Assembly: GCA_965199495.1 (NCBI GenBank)
Contig: CBDASK010000003.1
Span: forward strand, 3,488,001-3,552,000
DNA length: 64,000 nucleotides
Reading direction: 5' to 3'
Source of the DNA: Abditibacterium sp.
GTDB taxonomy: Bacteria; Armatimonadota; Abditibacteriia; Abditibacteriales; Abditibacteriaceae
Position numbers and translations under genes: made by a program
In this document: in pieces, positions 56,501 through 64,000 of the stretch
Numbering within the stretch: the first letter of the stretch is position 1
Layout: each line of letters opens with the position of its first letter
The notes under the pieces: model-generated
The model's database searches: none
What the model saw: only the letters and a program-made list of their open reading frames with translations
What the model was told of the DNA's origin: nothing

Positions 56501-57134
56501 CAATCTGCTGGCTTATGTGCGCCCCAACGGCGATGCCGATGTCCTCGAATTGTGGAGCGTCAAAGGCACGCCACGCCGTCTGGCTTCGCTGGCTGAAAAA
56601 GAACCCGTGAACGCATTAGTGTTTTCGCCCGATAATAAAAGTTTGATTTGCGGCGGCGAAAAAGGACTTTTGCAATGGGTGGACGTGGCGACGCGCAAAC
56701 CGAAAAGCCAGATTAAAACCGGCGAACCTATCTTCGATATCGCTTACGCCGCGCGCAATCTGGTCGTGATGGGCGAATCGAATTCTGCGGTTTATGATGT
56801 GCCCGCGAATTCCGCCGACCCTTTGCAAAAGGCGGACAAGACGAAACTGCCTCAACTATTCAATCGCAGCCGTGACGTTTACACGCCATCGGCAATTTCG
56901 CCCAACGGAAAATTTTTGGCCACAACGCAGGGCTACAAAGACGTTCAAATCTGGGAATTGCCATCGGGTAAAATGCTGCAAACGTTGCCGAGCGAGCAAA
57001 CACACACACAAATACAAGCGACTCCATCATCTTTGGCGCTGTCTTTCTCCGCTGATTCGATGGAATTTACCTCCGTCACAATAGGCAGTGCATCACTAAC
57101 CGTCACAACTTATAGTCGCCCCAAAGGCAATTAA
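53580..57134 (+). CDS. Zn-ribbon + Ser/Thr protein kinase + TM + WD40 propellers (copy 1)
   Basis: CPLC...CRAC; LGQGGFG, VAIKE, HRDIKPDN, DFG, APLE; TM segment; many SPDGK blades. Confidence 0.95.
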   Translation: MNCPLCQSANPAETRRCRACGAALKSQSSANGAAHLPDALPDGALLIGTYAVEGVLGQGGFGITYRSHDQMLDRHVAIKEFFPSGCRRENAEVWPARGLSDTDYREARAQFLAEARVLARCHHAGIVSVHTAFEANKTAYMVMEMLHGKTLAQLITARGGRMNETEAVEIIERVGDALGFVHDLDLLHRDIKPDNIIVCDDGRVMLIDFGTAREFVKGQAQGQTVVVTPGYAPLEQYAKQAKRGAFTDIYSLAATLYHLLTGQMPPSASDRAMGVQLRPVREFNPNVSASVAYATETGLRMEIAKRPQSVTEFLDLLHAPVPQVEAEPLFQSRLIDLSLDEEADADANLLPPTLPPDAVRARQQLWQSAMPSANAQPVQIAPQRVFDPNGQPTAPVPPSAYNPASGRIQVQTSNDSDGSMAGFWWLLAIIVIIGLFALAGSSGSRRNNSPYPSSGSSSGGYSSSPNYRSPSFNPSSSSDYNSWSASEREIKTNAAQGAWDVLPVIAPASVKELPTTNNSAAPPIQFSNMGGGIEFSPDGKRLAYIDGQAVLRVLRLPGRQLVRSIKLDKTYPPIDVKFSPDNETIAVTQSKKADSNGRYSEGIRAEIWSLRNGKKLGVVDGNSSKDYINPLAILNDGQLLLRKLASGNENIEVAALDPKTGKIGKTQVSFPNTTEVTYSVISPDGKKLVFGDSLGRLRWLDLKTGEQIAEHSATMSQSDLLKNFGRSYNGSGDPSLPIMGIDYALNGEWLASRTEGGIQVFDSKAHEVGSLIIDNTGLFFSMSPDGQWLAARGSLPYSPEGTLLYNIKTKQKIRLDAPYDTMRDFGFSQDGKQLYGIFADGAKQQFVTWNVDANAKVAETPSLFAYSSVSTFTSISGSLASSDEYIAIVGEDYVEICFNNGSYMKNLGVSGASAILFSPDGKLLAVRKKEADTIQLWDVANGQMIRQLSKNTTTSSATDIGEKNARSMAFSADNNLLAYVRPNGDADVLELWSVKGTPRRLASLAEKEPVNALVFSPDNKSLICGGEKGLLQWVDVATRKPKSQIKTGEPIFDIAYAARNLVVMGESNSAVYDVPANSADPLQKADKTKLPQLFNRSRDVYTPSAISPNGKFLATTQGYKDVQIWELPSGKMLQTLPSEQTHTQIQATPSSLALSFSADSMEFTSVTIGSASLTVTTYSRPKGN

Positions 57135-57143
57135 TTTCGATTC

Positions 57144-58208
57144 ATGACGTGTCCCTTTTGCCACAGCGCCAATGCAGCCACGGCGCGCGCCTGTCGGGTT
57201 TGCGGCAGTCCGTTGCACAAAGCCAAAGCGCCGCCCAACGTTGCCGTCGCGCCAAAAATCGCCGCATTTCCCGTTATCTCAACGGTTGCGCCGATGCCGA
57301 CGCTTTCAGCGCGCCAAACCTTCGCTCCAAAAAGTGCGCCGTTGGTAAACGCCGGATTTCTGTCCGACGAAAAATTAATGATCTGGCTGGTGCGCGCCGA
57401 CGGCGCCGTGCAATTGTGGAATGCCGATAACGACGAAACTTTCGCGTTTCCTATCGGGCGATTTTTGCGTAAGTCCAGTCCGACTTGTTGCGCAATGTTG
57501 GCGTGTAATTGCATCGCGACCGGCCACGAAAACGGCGAAGTTCGCTTGCACGGTTTGGACGGAAAAGAAGCGCGCCAACCGTCGTCGCACGTCGGCCCTG
57601 CGTTGGCATTGGCGGCGACATCGGCGCATTTGTATAGCGGCGGCAGCGATGGCGTCGTCTGGCAAACGCCGTTGCCCGCCGCGAAATCGCGCGGCAAGTC
57701 GGCGGCGTGGCTGGAAGGTTTGGGCGCCATGACGACTTTAGCGATTGCGCCCGACGAAAAATCGCTCGCCGTCGGTTGCGACGAGGGCGCCGTGCAATTG
57801 TGGCGTTGGAACGAAGACGACGAAACTCCAACGCCCCGGCTCGATTGGTCGCGCAGTGGACACGCGACGCCGATTCAATCGGTTTTGTTTTCGCCCAACG
57901 GCAACATGATTCTCAGCCGCGACGCCGAAGGCGAATTGTGTTTATGGGCCGCGCAAACCAGTTATCAATTGCCGCTTCCCACTGGCGCGCATAGCAGCCA
58001 CGTCGCCCCGGCGTTTTCGAGCGACAGCCGATTTTTAGCCATCGCGAACGCCGAAAACGGCGTTGATATTTTCGAGGTTGCGACCGAAAAATTGATTTAT
58101 TCTGTGGCGCCGCCAAACGAGAAAACGCAAACGTTGGCGTTTTCGTCCGATGGGAAATCGTTGTTGTTGGCGGGGACGCGAGAAATCGCGATTTGGAAAA
58201 TTACGTAA
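57144..58208 (+). CDS. Zn-ribbon + WD40 repeat protein lacking a kinase domain
   Basis: CPFC...CRVC; SGGSDG, APDEKSLAVG..G.VQLW, FSPNG. Confidence 0.88.
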   Translation: MTCPFCHSANAATARACRVCGSPLHKAKAPPNVAVAPKIAAFPVISTVAPMPTLSARQTFAPKSAPLVNAGFLSDEKLMIWLVRADGAVQLWNADNDETFAFPIGRFLRKSSPTCCAMLACNCIATGHENGEVRLHGLDGKEARQPSSHVGPALALAATSAHLYSGGSDGVVWQTPLPAAKSRGKSAAWLEGLGAMTTLAIAPDEKSLAVGCDEGAVQLWRWNEDDETPTPRLDWSRSGHATPIQSVLFSPNGNMILSRDAEGELCLWAAQTSYQLPLPTGAHSSHVAPAFSSDSRFLAIANAENGVDIFEVATEKLIYSVAPPNEKTQTLAFSSDGKSLLLAGTREIAIWKIT

Positions 58209-58308
58209 CGTTGATTTGTCCCCGCCAAATTTAGCCAACTTAATCGGAATCGCCATAACGCGATAAAATATGAAAGATGCGCGCTGTTTAGCGCTCCCAC
58301 ATCGCCCG

Positions 58309-61300
58309 ATGAACTGTCCTCTTTGCCACTTCGCTAATCCCGCCGACGCCCGTCGTTGTCGTTCGTGCGGCGCGACGTTGCGCGCGCGCATTAACGAAAA
58401 TGGCGCGCCTTCATCCGATGCTTTGCCCGCCGGAACTCTGTTGGCGGGCGCCTATTTGGTCGAAGATGTGTTGGGGCAGGGTGGCTTTGGCATCACCTAT
58501 CGTTGCCACGATCGGATGTTAGATCGGCGCGTGGCGGTTAAAGAGTTTTTCCCGTCGCGTTGTCGCCGCTTGGGCGCCGAAGTCGCGCCGTCGCGCGGCT
58601 TATCGGACACCGATTTTCGCGAGGCGCGCGCGCAGTTTTTGGCCGAGGCGCGCACCCTCGCGCGTTGCCATCACGTCGGCATCGTCGGCGTTTATGCGGC
58701 GTTCGAGGCGAACCAAACCGCCTATATGGTGATGGAACTGTTGCACGGCAAAAGTCTGGCGCAACTCATCACGGCGCGCGGTGGCCGCATGATCGAAACC
58801 GAAGCCGTCGCGATTATCGAGCGCGTCGGCGAGGCGCTCCAATTCGTTCACGAGCAGAATCTGTTGCATCGCGACATCAAGCCCGACAACATCATCGCCT
58901 GCGACGATGGGCGCACAATGCTGATCGATTTCGGCACGGCGCGCGCAACAATTCAAGACCAAGTTCAAGGGCAAACTGTTATCGTCACGCCCGGTTACGC
59001 GCCGCTCGAACAATACGCGCGCCAAGCCAAACGCGGCGCGTTTAGCGATATTTACAGTCTGGCCGCCACGCTTTATCATCTGTTGACGGGCCAAATGCCG
59101 CCCGCCGCTTCGGATCGGGCAATGGGCGTGCAACTGCGTCCGGTTCGCGAATTCAATCCAAACGTCAGCGCGAGCGTAGCGCACGCAACTGAACGCGCGT
59201 TGCAGATGGAAATCGCCCGTCGCCCGCAAAGCGTGCGCGAATTTTTGGATTTGCTGCACGCGCCGTTTGACGAAATCGCGAACGGGATTTCTCCCGCGCT
59301 GCAATCGGTGATAAAACGCGGGGATTTGTTGTCCCGCGAAGATGCCGAAGTCGAAGCGTTATTTTCGCCACCGCACAAAAGTTCGCCCGCAGTCGCGCTC
59401 TTTTCTGATTCGTTGCAAGCGGGCCAAACGCAATTGGACAATCTGCTGCCCAATGCCAGTGAAGATGCGAACAAGCCGCCCATAAATCCGCATCTTACCA
59501 CGTTGTTTTCCGATGCGTTGCAAGAGAATCAGCAATTACTGGGCAATCTGCTGCCTCCGGCTCTCGCGCAACCGGTGCAACTCGCGCCGCCGCGCGCGTT
59601 TCCCCTATCGGCCAATCCGCCCAAAGTTTCAACAGCAGCCACGCCGGTGGCTGGTAGTGGCGCTGGCGGCGTAAACGTCAAAGATGCGGTGGACGCTTAC
59701 AGTTCGGGAAAGGCGTTTGCGTGGGTGGTCGGGGTTCTGCTTGTGGTCTTTGGAATCATTTTTCTCGTGACACCGCGCTCCAATGAGAGATTTGCGAGTT
59801 CGTCCACTTCTGGAATTTCGTCCAGTCGTTCATCCGCATCTTTCGACGATCCAATGAACTCGACTCAAGCGGCAGCCGAAAAAGCGTGGGATGAAATGCC
59901 GGTTTTTTTGCCGGTTTCGACGGAAACTTTGCCGTCCGGCACTGCGGCAAATGTGCCGAAATCCGCCGCGACTCAACAGAAATATTCTCCGAAAAACGTC
60001 GCGTTTTCGTCCGATGGCAAACGCTTGGCTTATGTAGATAATCAATCCGTTTTGCGCGTTTGGAGCGCGACGGCACGGCGCGTTGTGCGTTCGCTGGCGC
60101 TCGACAAAAATCGCGATGTCGAACGCATACTGTTTGCGTCCGATAATCAAACCATCACTCTGGTTCAAAAACCACAGAACGACCAATCATCGGGCTTCTG
60201 CTGGACCGAAGTCTGGAATATAGCCACCGGTAAACGTATCGGCGTTTTGGAGTCCGGGCCGAAAGCCTATGACCTTTGGGCGCAGGGCATTTTAAATGAT
60301 GGACGGATGCTGTTGCGCACAATTTCGGGCGACAAAACAACCGCGAAAATGATGCTATGGAATCCGCAAACTGGCGAGCAGACCAGTTCGCCGCTTCCGT
60401 TTGTTGACCAACTGAGTTCCAGCGTTTTATCGCCCGACGGCAACGAATTGGTGACTGGAAGTGGCGCCGGCATTTTGCAGTGGTTCGACGTGGCTGCTGG
60501 CAACCAGAAGAACCGGCATTCGATGGAAATGACACAATCCGATTACGACGACCGTTTTAGCGATGGCCGCTCAACGCGCAACGATCGGCCCGACGATCCG
60601 TTGTGGATTCGCGGCCTAAAGTTTTCGTCGGACGGTTCTTGGCTCGCCGCGCGCAACGACGCCGAAATTAACGTGTTCGATTCCAACGCCAACCAAATCG
60701 GTTCGTGGACAATTCGCGGCAGGGACACGATTTCGTTCGCGGTTTCGCCGATGGGACAACGCGTGGCGGCGCGCGGTTCGTTGCTTTACGGCCCCGATGC
60801 CAATATGCTGTGGGATGTCAACACCAACCAAAAAACTCGATTGGAAGGCGCGGGCTATAACTTGCTCGGCCTTGGTTTTTCGTCCGATGGCAAACAACTT
60901 TACGGCATTTCGAGCGACGGCAAACAATTCCACTTCTCGGCGTGGGATGTCAACGCCAAAACGACCGCGTCTTTCGCCAATCCCCAGAAAACCTCGTTTC
61001 AACCCGCCGGAATGCACATCAGCCCCTTTGCTCCCATCGCCCAATCGGGCGACTTGACCGCGATGCCAGTGCAATCGTCGGTCGAAATTCGGCGTCAGGA
61101 CGGGACTTTGGTGAACACGTTGAATATCGGCAATTCCAGCGTTGCGACGATGGATTTTTCGTCGGACGGGCAACTTCTGGCGATAAGCAAATTCGATGGC
61201 CCCATTCAAATTTGGAACGTCAATCAAGGGACATTAATGGGACAGTTGAATGCCGCGAAATTCGCTCGTCAAGGCGCGCGCAATCCTTTTGGCGCGGGCA

Positions 61301-61986
61301 AAAGTTCGTCTGATATGGTCTTCTCGCCCGATAATAAATTTTTCGTCTGCGAGCGTTTCGGGAGCGATTCTTCCGTCGTCGAATTATGGAGTCTGGAAGG
61401 GCAGCCACGGCGCCTGACCTCTCTGGCTCAGAAAGAGAACCGCAACGCGCTGGCATTTTCGCCCGACAGCAAAATTCTGGCGTGTGGCGGCGAAAAAGGG
61501 CTGGTTCAGTTGTATGACGTGGCCACGCATCAGTTGCAAACTCAATTGAGAACCGCAGGGAAAGTTTTGGACATCGTGGGCACGCCCGAAAATTGGGTTG
61601 TCGTGGGCGCGGCACAGACGACGACATATCGGTTTTCTTCGGATTCTAAGCCCCAATTGCAACAGGTTTCGCAAGTCGCAATTCCGCTGCAATTGGAATT
61701 GCGACCGGGGCTAATCAACGGCGCCGCTTTCCAATGGGCGGTCTCCCCCGACGGACAACTGCTGGCAACCGCAGAGATGAGTGCGCATATCCGAATATTC
61801 GATTTGAAAACTGGATTTTTGCTGCAATCTCTGGACACCGATAATTATGGAACTCGCACTTTTCCACCTGACCAATGCACGGGATTGAAATTTTCTGCCG
61901 ATGGTTCGCAACTCACCAGTTTGGGAACATCTTTTAGCGAACGTTCGCTATCCGTCGTGACGTGGAGCCGCATTATTGCGTCTTGA
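58309..61986 (+). CDS. Zn-ribbon + Ser/Thr protein kinase + TM + WD40 propellers (copy 2)
   Basis: Paralogue of 53580..57134 with intact kinase motifs. Confidence 0.95.
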   Translation: MNCPLCHFANPADARRCRSCGATLRARINENGAPSSDALPAGTLLAGAYLVEDVLGQGGFGITYRCHDRMLDRRVAVKEFFPSRCRRLGAEVAPSRGLSDTDFREARAQFLAEARTLARCHHVGIVGVYAAFEANQTAYMVMELLHGKSLAQLITARGGRMIETEAVAIIERVGEALQFVHEQNLLHRDIKPDNIIACDDGRTMLIDFGTARATIQDQVQGQTVIVTPGYAPLEQYARQAKRGAFSDIYSLAATLYHLLTGQMPPAASDRAMGVQLRPVREFNPNVSASVAHATERALQMEIARRPQSVREFLDLLHAPFDEIANGISPALQSVIKRGDLLSREDAEVEALFSPPHKSSPAVALFSDSLQAGQTQLDNLLPNASEDANKPPINPHLTTLFSDALQENQQLLGNLLPPALAQPVQLAPPRAFPLSANPPKVSTAATPVAGSGAGGVNVKDAVDAYSSGKAFAWVVGVLLVVFGIIFLVTPRSNERFASSSTSGISSSRSSASFDDPMNSTQAAAEKAWDEMPVFLPVSTETLPSGTAANVPKSAATQQKYSPKNVAFSSDGKRLAYVDNQSVLRVWSATARRVVRSLALDKNRDVERILFASDNQTITLVQKPQNDQSSGFCWTEVWNIATGKRIGVLESGPKAYDLWAQGILNDGRMLLRTISGDKTTAKMMLWNPQTGEQTSSPLPFVDQLSSSVLSPDGNELVTGSGAGILQWFDVAAGNQKNRHSMEMTQSDYDDRFSDGRSTRNDRPDDPLWIRGLKFSSDGSWLAARNDAEINVFDSNANQIGSWTIRGRDTISFAVSPMGQRVAARGSLLYGPDANMLWDVNTNQKTRLEGAGYNLLGLGFSSDGKQLYGISSDGKQFHFSAWDVNAKTTASFANPQKTSFQPAGMHISPFAPIAQSGDLTAMPVQSSVEIRRQDGTLVNTLNIGNSSVATMDFSSDGQLLAISKFDGPIQIWNVNQGTLMGQLNAAKFARQGARNPFGAGKSSSDMVFSPDNKFFVCERFGSDSSVVELWSLEGQPRRLTSLAQKENRNALAFSPDSKILACGGEKGLVQLYDVATHQLQTQLRTAGKVLDIVGTPENWVVVGAAQTTTYRFSSDSKPQLQQVSQVAIPLQLELRPGLINGAAFQWAVSPDGQLLATAEMSAHIRIFDLKTGFLLQSLDTDNYGTRTFPPDQCTGLKFSADGSQLTSLGTSFSERSLSVVTWSRIIAS

Positions 61987-61995
61987 TTTTCTAAT

Positions 61996-62123
61996 TCCGA
62001 CTTTTGTCGCGGCTTTAACAGCGGGGCTGACGCCCTCTTCCAATCAGTGGGCTTTGGACGAACGTCTACCGATTGGAAGAGGGCGTCAGCCCTGCAAATC
62101 GTTTGCTCGCTTCAAAAGTCGGA
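61996..62123. repeat. Nested inverted repeats (outer TCCGACTTTTG, inner GCGGGGCTGACGCCCTCTTCCAATC)
   Basis: Outer 61996-62006/62113-62123; inner 62021-62045/62071-62095. Confidence 0.7.
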
Positions 62124-62231
62124 TTGGATTGTCAAAGTGCAAAATTTTCATAAATACGCTAACAAAGGCACCAAGAAACCGTGCGATTTCTCATACGTTA
62201 GACTCTGTTGCTCCACAAAATGGAAAATAAC

Positions 62232-63662
62232 ATGTCGAACGCTCCGAAAACTCTGTTCCAGAAGATCTGGGATTCTCACGTCGTCCACGAAGAAAATGGC
62301 CGCGCGCTGCTCTACATTGACCTGCATTTGGTTCACGAAGTCACCTCGCCGCAAGCCTTCGAGGCTTTGCGCCTGACAAATCGCAAAGTGCGCCGTCCCG
62401 AATTGACTTTGGCCACGATGGATCACAACGTCCCAACGACCAATCGCAGCTTGCCGATTGTGGACGAAATCAGTGCCAAACAGATGCAGACGCTGACCGA
62501 TAATTGCCGCGAATTTGGCGTCACGCTCTACGATTTGAACGATATTCGTCAGGGCATCGTTCACGTCATCGGGCCGGAACAGGGACTCACGCAGCCCGGC
62601 ATGACGATTGTGTGCGGCGATTCGCATACCTCGACGCACGGCGCCTTTGGCGCCCTCGCGTTTGGCATCGGCACGTCGGAAGTTGAACACGTTTTGGCGA
62701 CGCAGACTTTGCCGCAGCAGAAGCCCAAAACGATGGAAATTCACATCGAAGGCGACGGCGCTTTGCCACCGGGCGTGACCAGCAAAGATATTATTCTGGC
62801 GATTATCGGCAAAATCGGCACGGCGGGCGCGACCGGCTATGTCGTCGAATATACCGGCGCGCCGATTCGCAATTTGTCAATGGAAGGCCGCATGACGATC
62901 TGCAACATGAGCATCGAAGCGGGGGCGCGCGCCGGTTTAATCGCGCCCGACGAGACGACGTTTGGTTATTTGCAGGGCCGCCATTTCGCGCCCAAAGGTA
63001 CCGATTGGGACGCCGCCGTCGAAAACTGGAAGACGCTCCAAACCGACGAAGGCGCGATTTACGACGAGCGCATCGTCTTGACGCAGGAGGAACTGGCGCC
63101 GATGGTTTCGTGGGGCACCAATCCCGGCCAAACCCTGCCGATCACGGCGAATGTGCCGTCGCCGTCGGATTTCGAGAACGAAACCGATGCCAAAACCTGC
63201 GCCAATTCGCTCGATTATATGGGCTTGACGGGCGGCGCGGCATTGGAAAATTTGGCGATTGATCGCGTGTTTATCGGCTCTTGCACCAACGGACGCATCG
63301 AAGATTTGCGTCTGGCGGCGCATTTGGCCGAAGGCAAACGCGTTTCGGGTAACGTCAACGCGATGGTCGTGCCCGGTTCGGGTTTGGTCAAACAACAGGC
63401 CGAAGCCGAAGGTTTGGACAAAGTTTTCGTTGATGCCGGATTTGAATGGCGCGAAGCCGGTTGCTCGATGTGTCTGGGCATGAATCCCGACATTTTGCAG
63501 CCCGGCCAACGTTGCGCTTCGACATCGAATCGAAATTTTGAAGGGCGTCAGGGCAAAGGCGGGCGCACTCATTTGGTTTCTGTTCCGATGGCCGTGGCTG
63601 CTGCTATCGAAGGTCGCTTGGTGGACGTGCGGCGTTGGGATAAAGAAAAATTCGGCAAATAG
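62232..63662 (+). CDS. leuC: 3-isopropylmalate dehydratase large subunit
   Basis: [58 protein letters not shown]. Confidence 0.98.
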   Translation: MSNAPKTLFQKIWDSHVVHEENGRALLYIDLHLVHEVTSPQAFEALRLTNRKVRRPELTLATMDHNVPTTNRSLPIVDEISAKQMQTLTDNCREFGVTLYDLNDIRQGIVHVIGPEQGLTQPGMTIVCGDSHTSTHGAFGALAFGIGTSEVEHVLATQTLPQQKPKTMEIHIEGDGALPPGVTSKDIILAIIGKIGTAGATGYVVEYTGAPIRNLSMEGRMTICNMSIEAGARAGLIAPDETTFGYLQGRHFAPKGTDWDAAVENWKTLQTDEGAIYDERIVLTQEELAPMVSWGTNPGQTLPITANVPSPSDFENETDAKTCANSLDYMGLTGGAALENLAIDRVFIGSCTNGRIEDLRLAAHLAEGKRVSGNVNAMVVPGSGLVKQQAEAEGLDKVFVDAGFEWREAGCSMCLGMNPDILQPGQRCASTSNRNFEGRQGKGGRTHLVSVPMAVAAAIEGRLVDVRRWDKEKFGK

Positions 63663-63672
63663 AACGTAAATT

Positions 63673-63783
63673 TTCACACAAAGAACACAAAGGGAACGAA
63701 GAGAAATAAACCAAAAGAAAAAGTGAAAACTCGTTCTTCTGATTTTAAAAGTCTCTTCGTTCCCTTTGTGTTCTTTGTGTGAA
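63673..63783. repeat. CACAAAG-unit inverted repeat without a GxxExxY gene
   Basis: 32-bp perfect arms 63673-63704/63752-63783 starting TTCACACAAAG. Confidence 0.88.
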
Positions 63784-63843
63784 CCAAAAGGCGGAAACCG
63801 ATTTGCAGCTATTCGCGGCTCAACCTTTAAAAGGAGCTACTGA

Positions 63844-64000
63844 ATGGATAAAAAACAAATTGTCGAACTTCAAGCCCAACGCGGAAATCCCTCGATCTCG
63901 ATTACCCTGCCGGTTTATTACTCGTCGCCGACCGACTTGCAGCAGACCGAAATTCGGTTGAAGAACCAGCTCAAAGAAACCGAAGAGCGGTTGCTGAAAA
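63844..64000 (+). CDS. Partial CDS, probable baeRF3-like (bacterial archaeo-eukaryotic release factor) protein
   Basis: RBS AAAGGAG; MDKKQIVELQAQRGNPSISITLP...QQTEIRLKNQLKETEERL runs off the window. Confidence 0.6.
   Translation, partial: MDKKQIVELQAQRGNPSISITLPVYYSSPTDLQQTEIRLKNQLKETEERLLK

Overview
GC-rich bacterial chromosomal window; gene content and style suggest Armatimonadota/Abditibacteriota (a guess, no search run). It holds about 50 CDSs and no rRNA, tRNA, CRISPR array or transposase. In order: two paralogous ECF sigma/zinc anti-sigma cassettes surrounding a third anti-sigma, a frameshifted type II NADH dehydrogenase and a double-DM13 protein, with a shared GGAAC-N16/17-CYATT promoter motif; a metal cluster (Csp3-like protein, P1B ATPase) with an upstream candidate structured RNA; pncA-pncB behind a Rex/CRP-like palindrome; an unusually long CpaF/TadA with tadB and tadC; a GH43 enzyme; a GxxExxY gene flanked by repeats; leuS with an acidic insertion; a presenilin-like GxGD membrane protease; a DUF433/DUF5615 toxin-antitoxin pair; a glycosyltransferase and an aldo/keto reductase sharing overlapping start codons; a histidine kinase; a giant TPR/beta-barrel protein; a cluster of an OmpA-fused ABC binding protein, ABC transporter, two unknown genes and PspA, followed by vWA and two Ser/Thr kinase-WD40 paralogues; leuC; and a partial baeRF3-like gene. 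Intergenic DNA carries at least five unrelated families of long inverted repeats (REP/REPIN/MITE-like), some nested inside each other. All product calls come from motifs read by eye.
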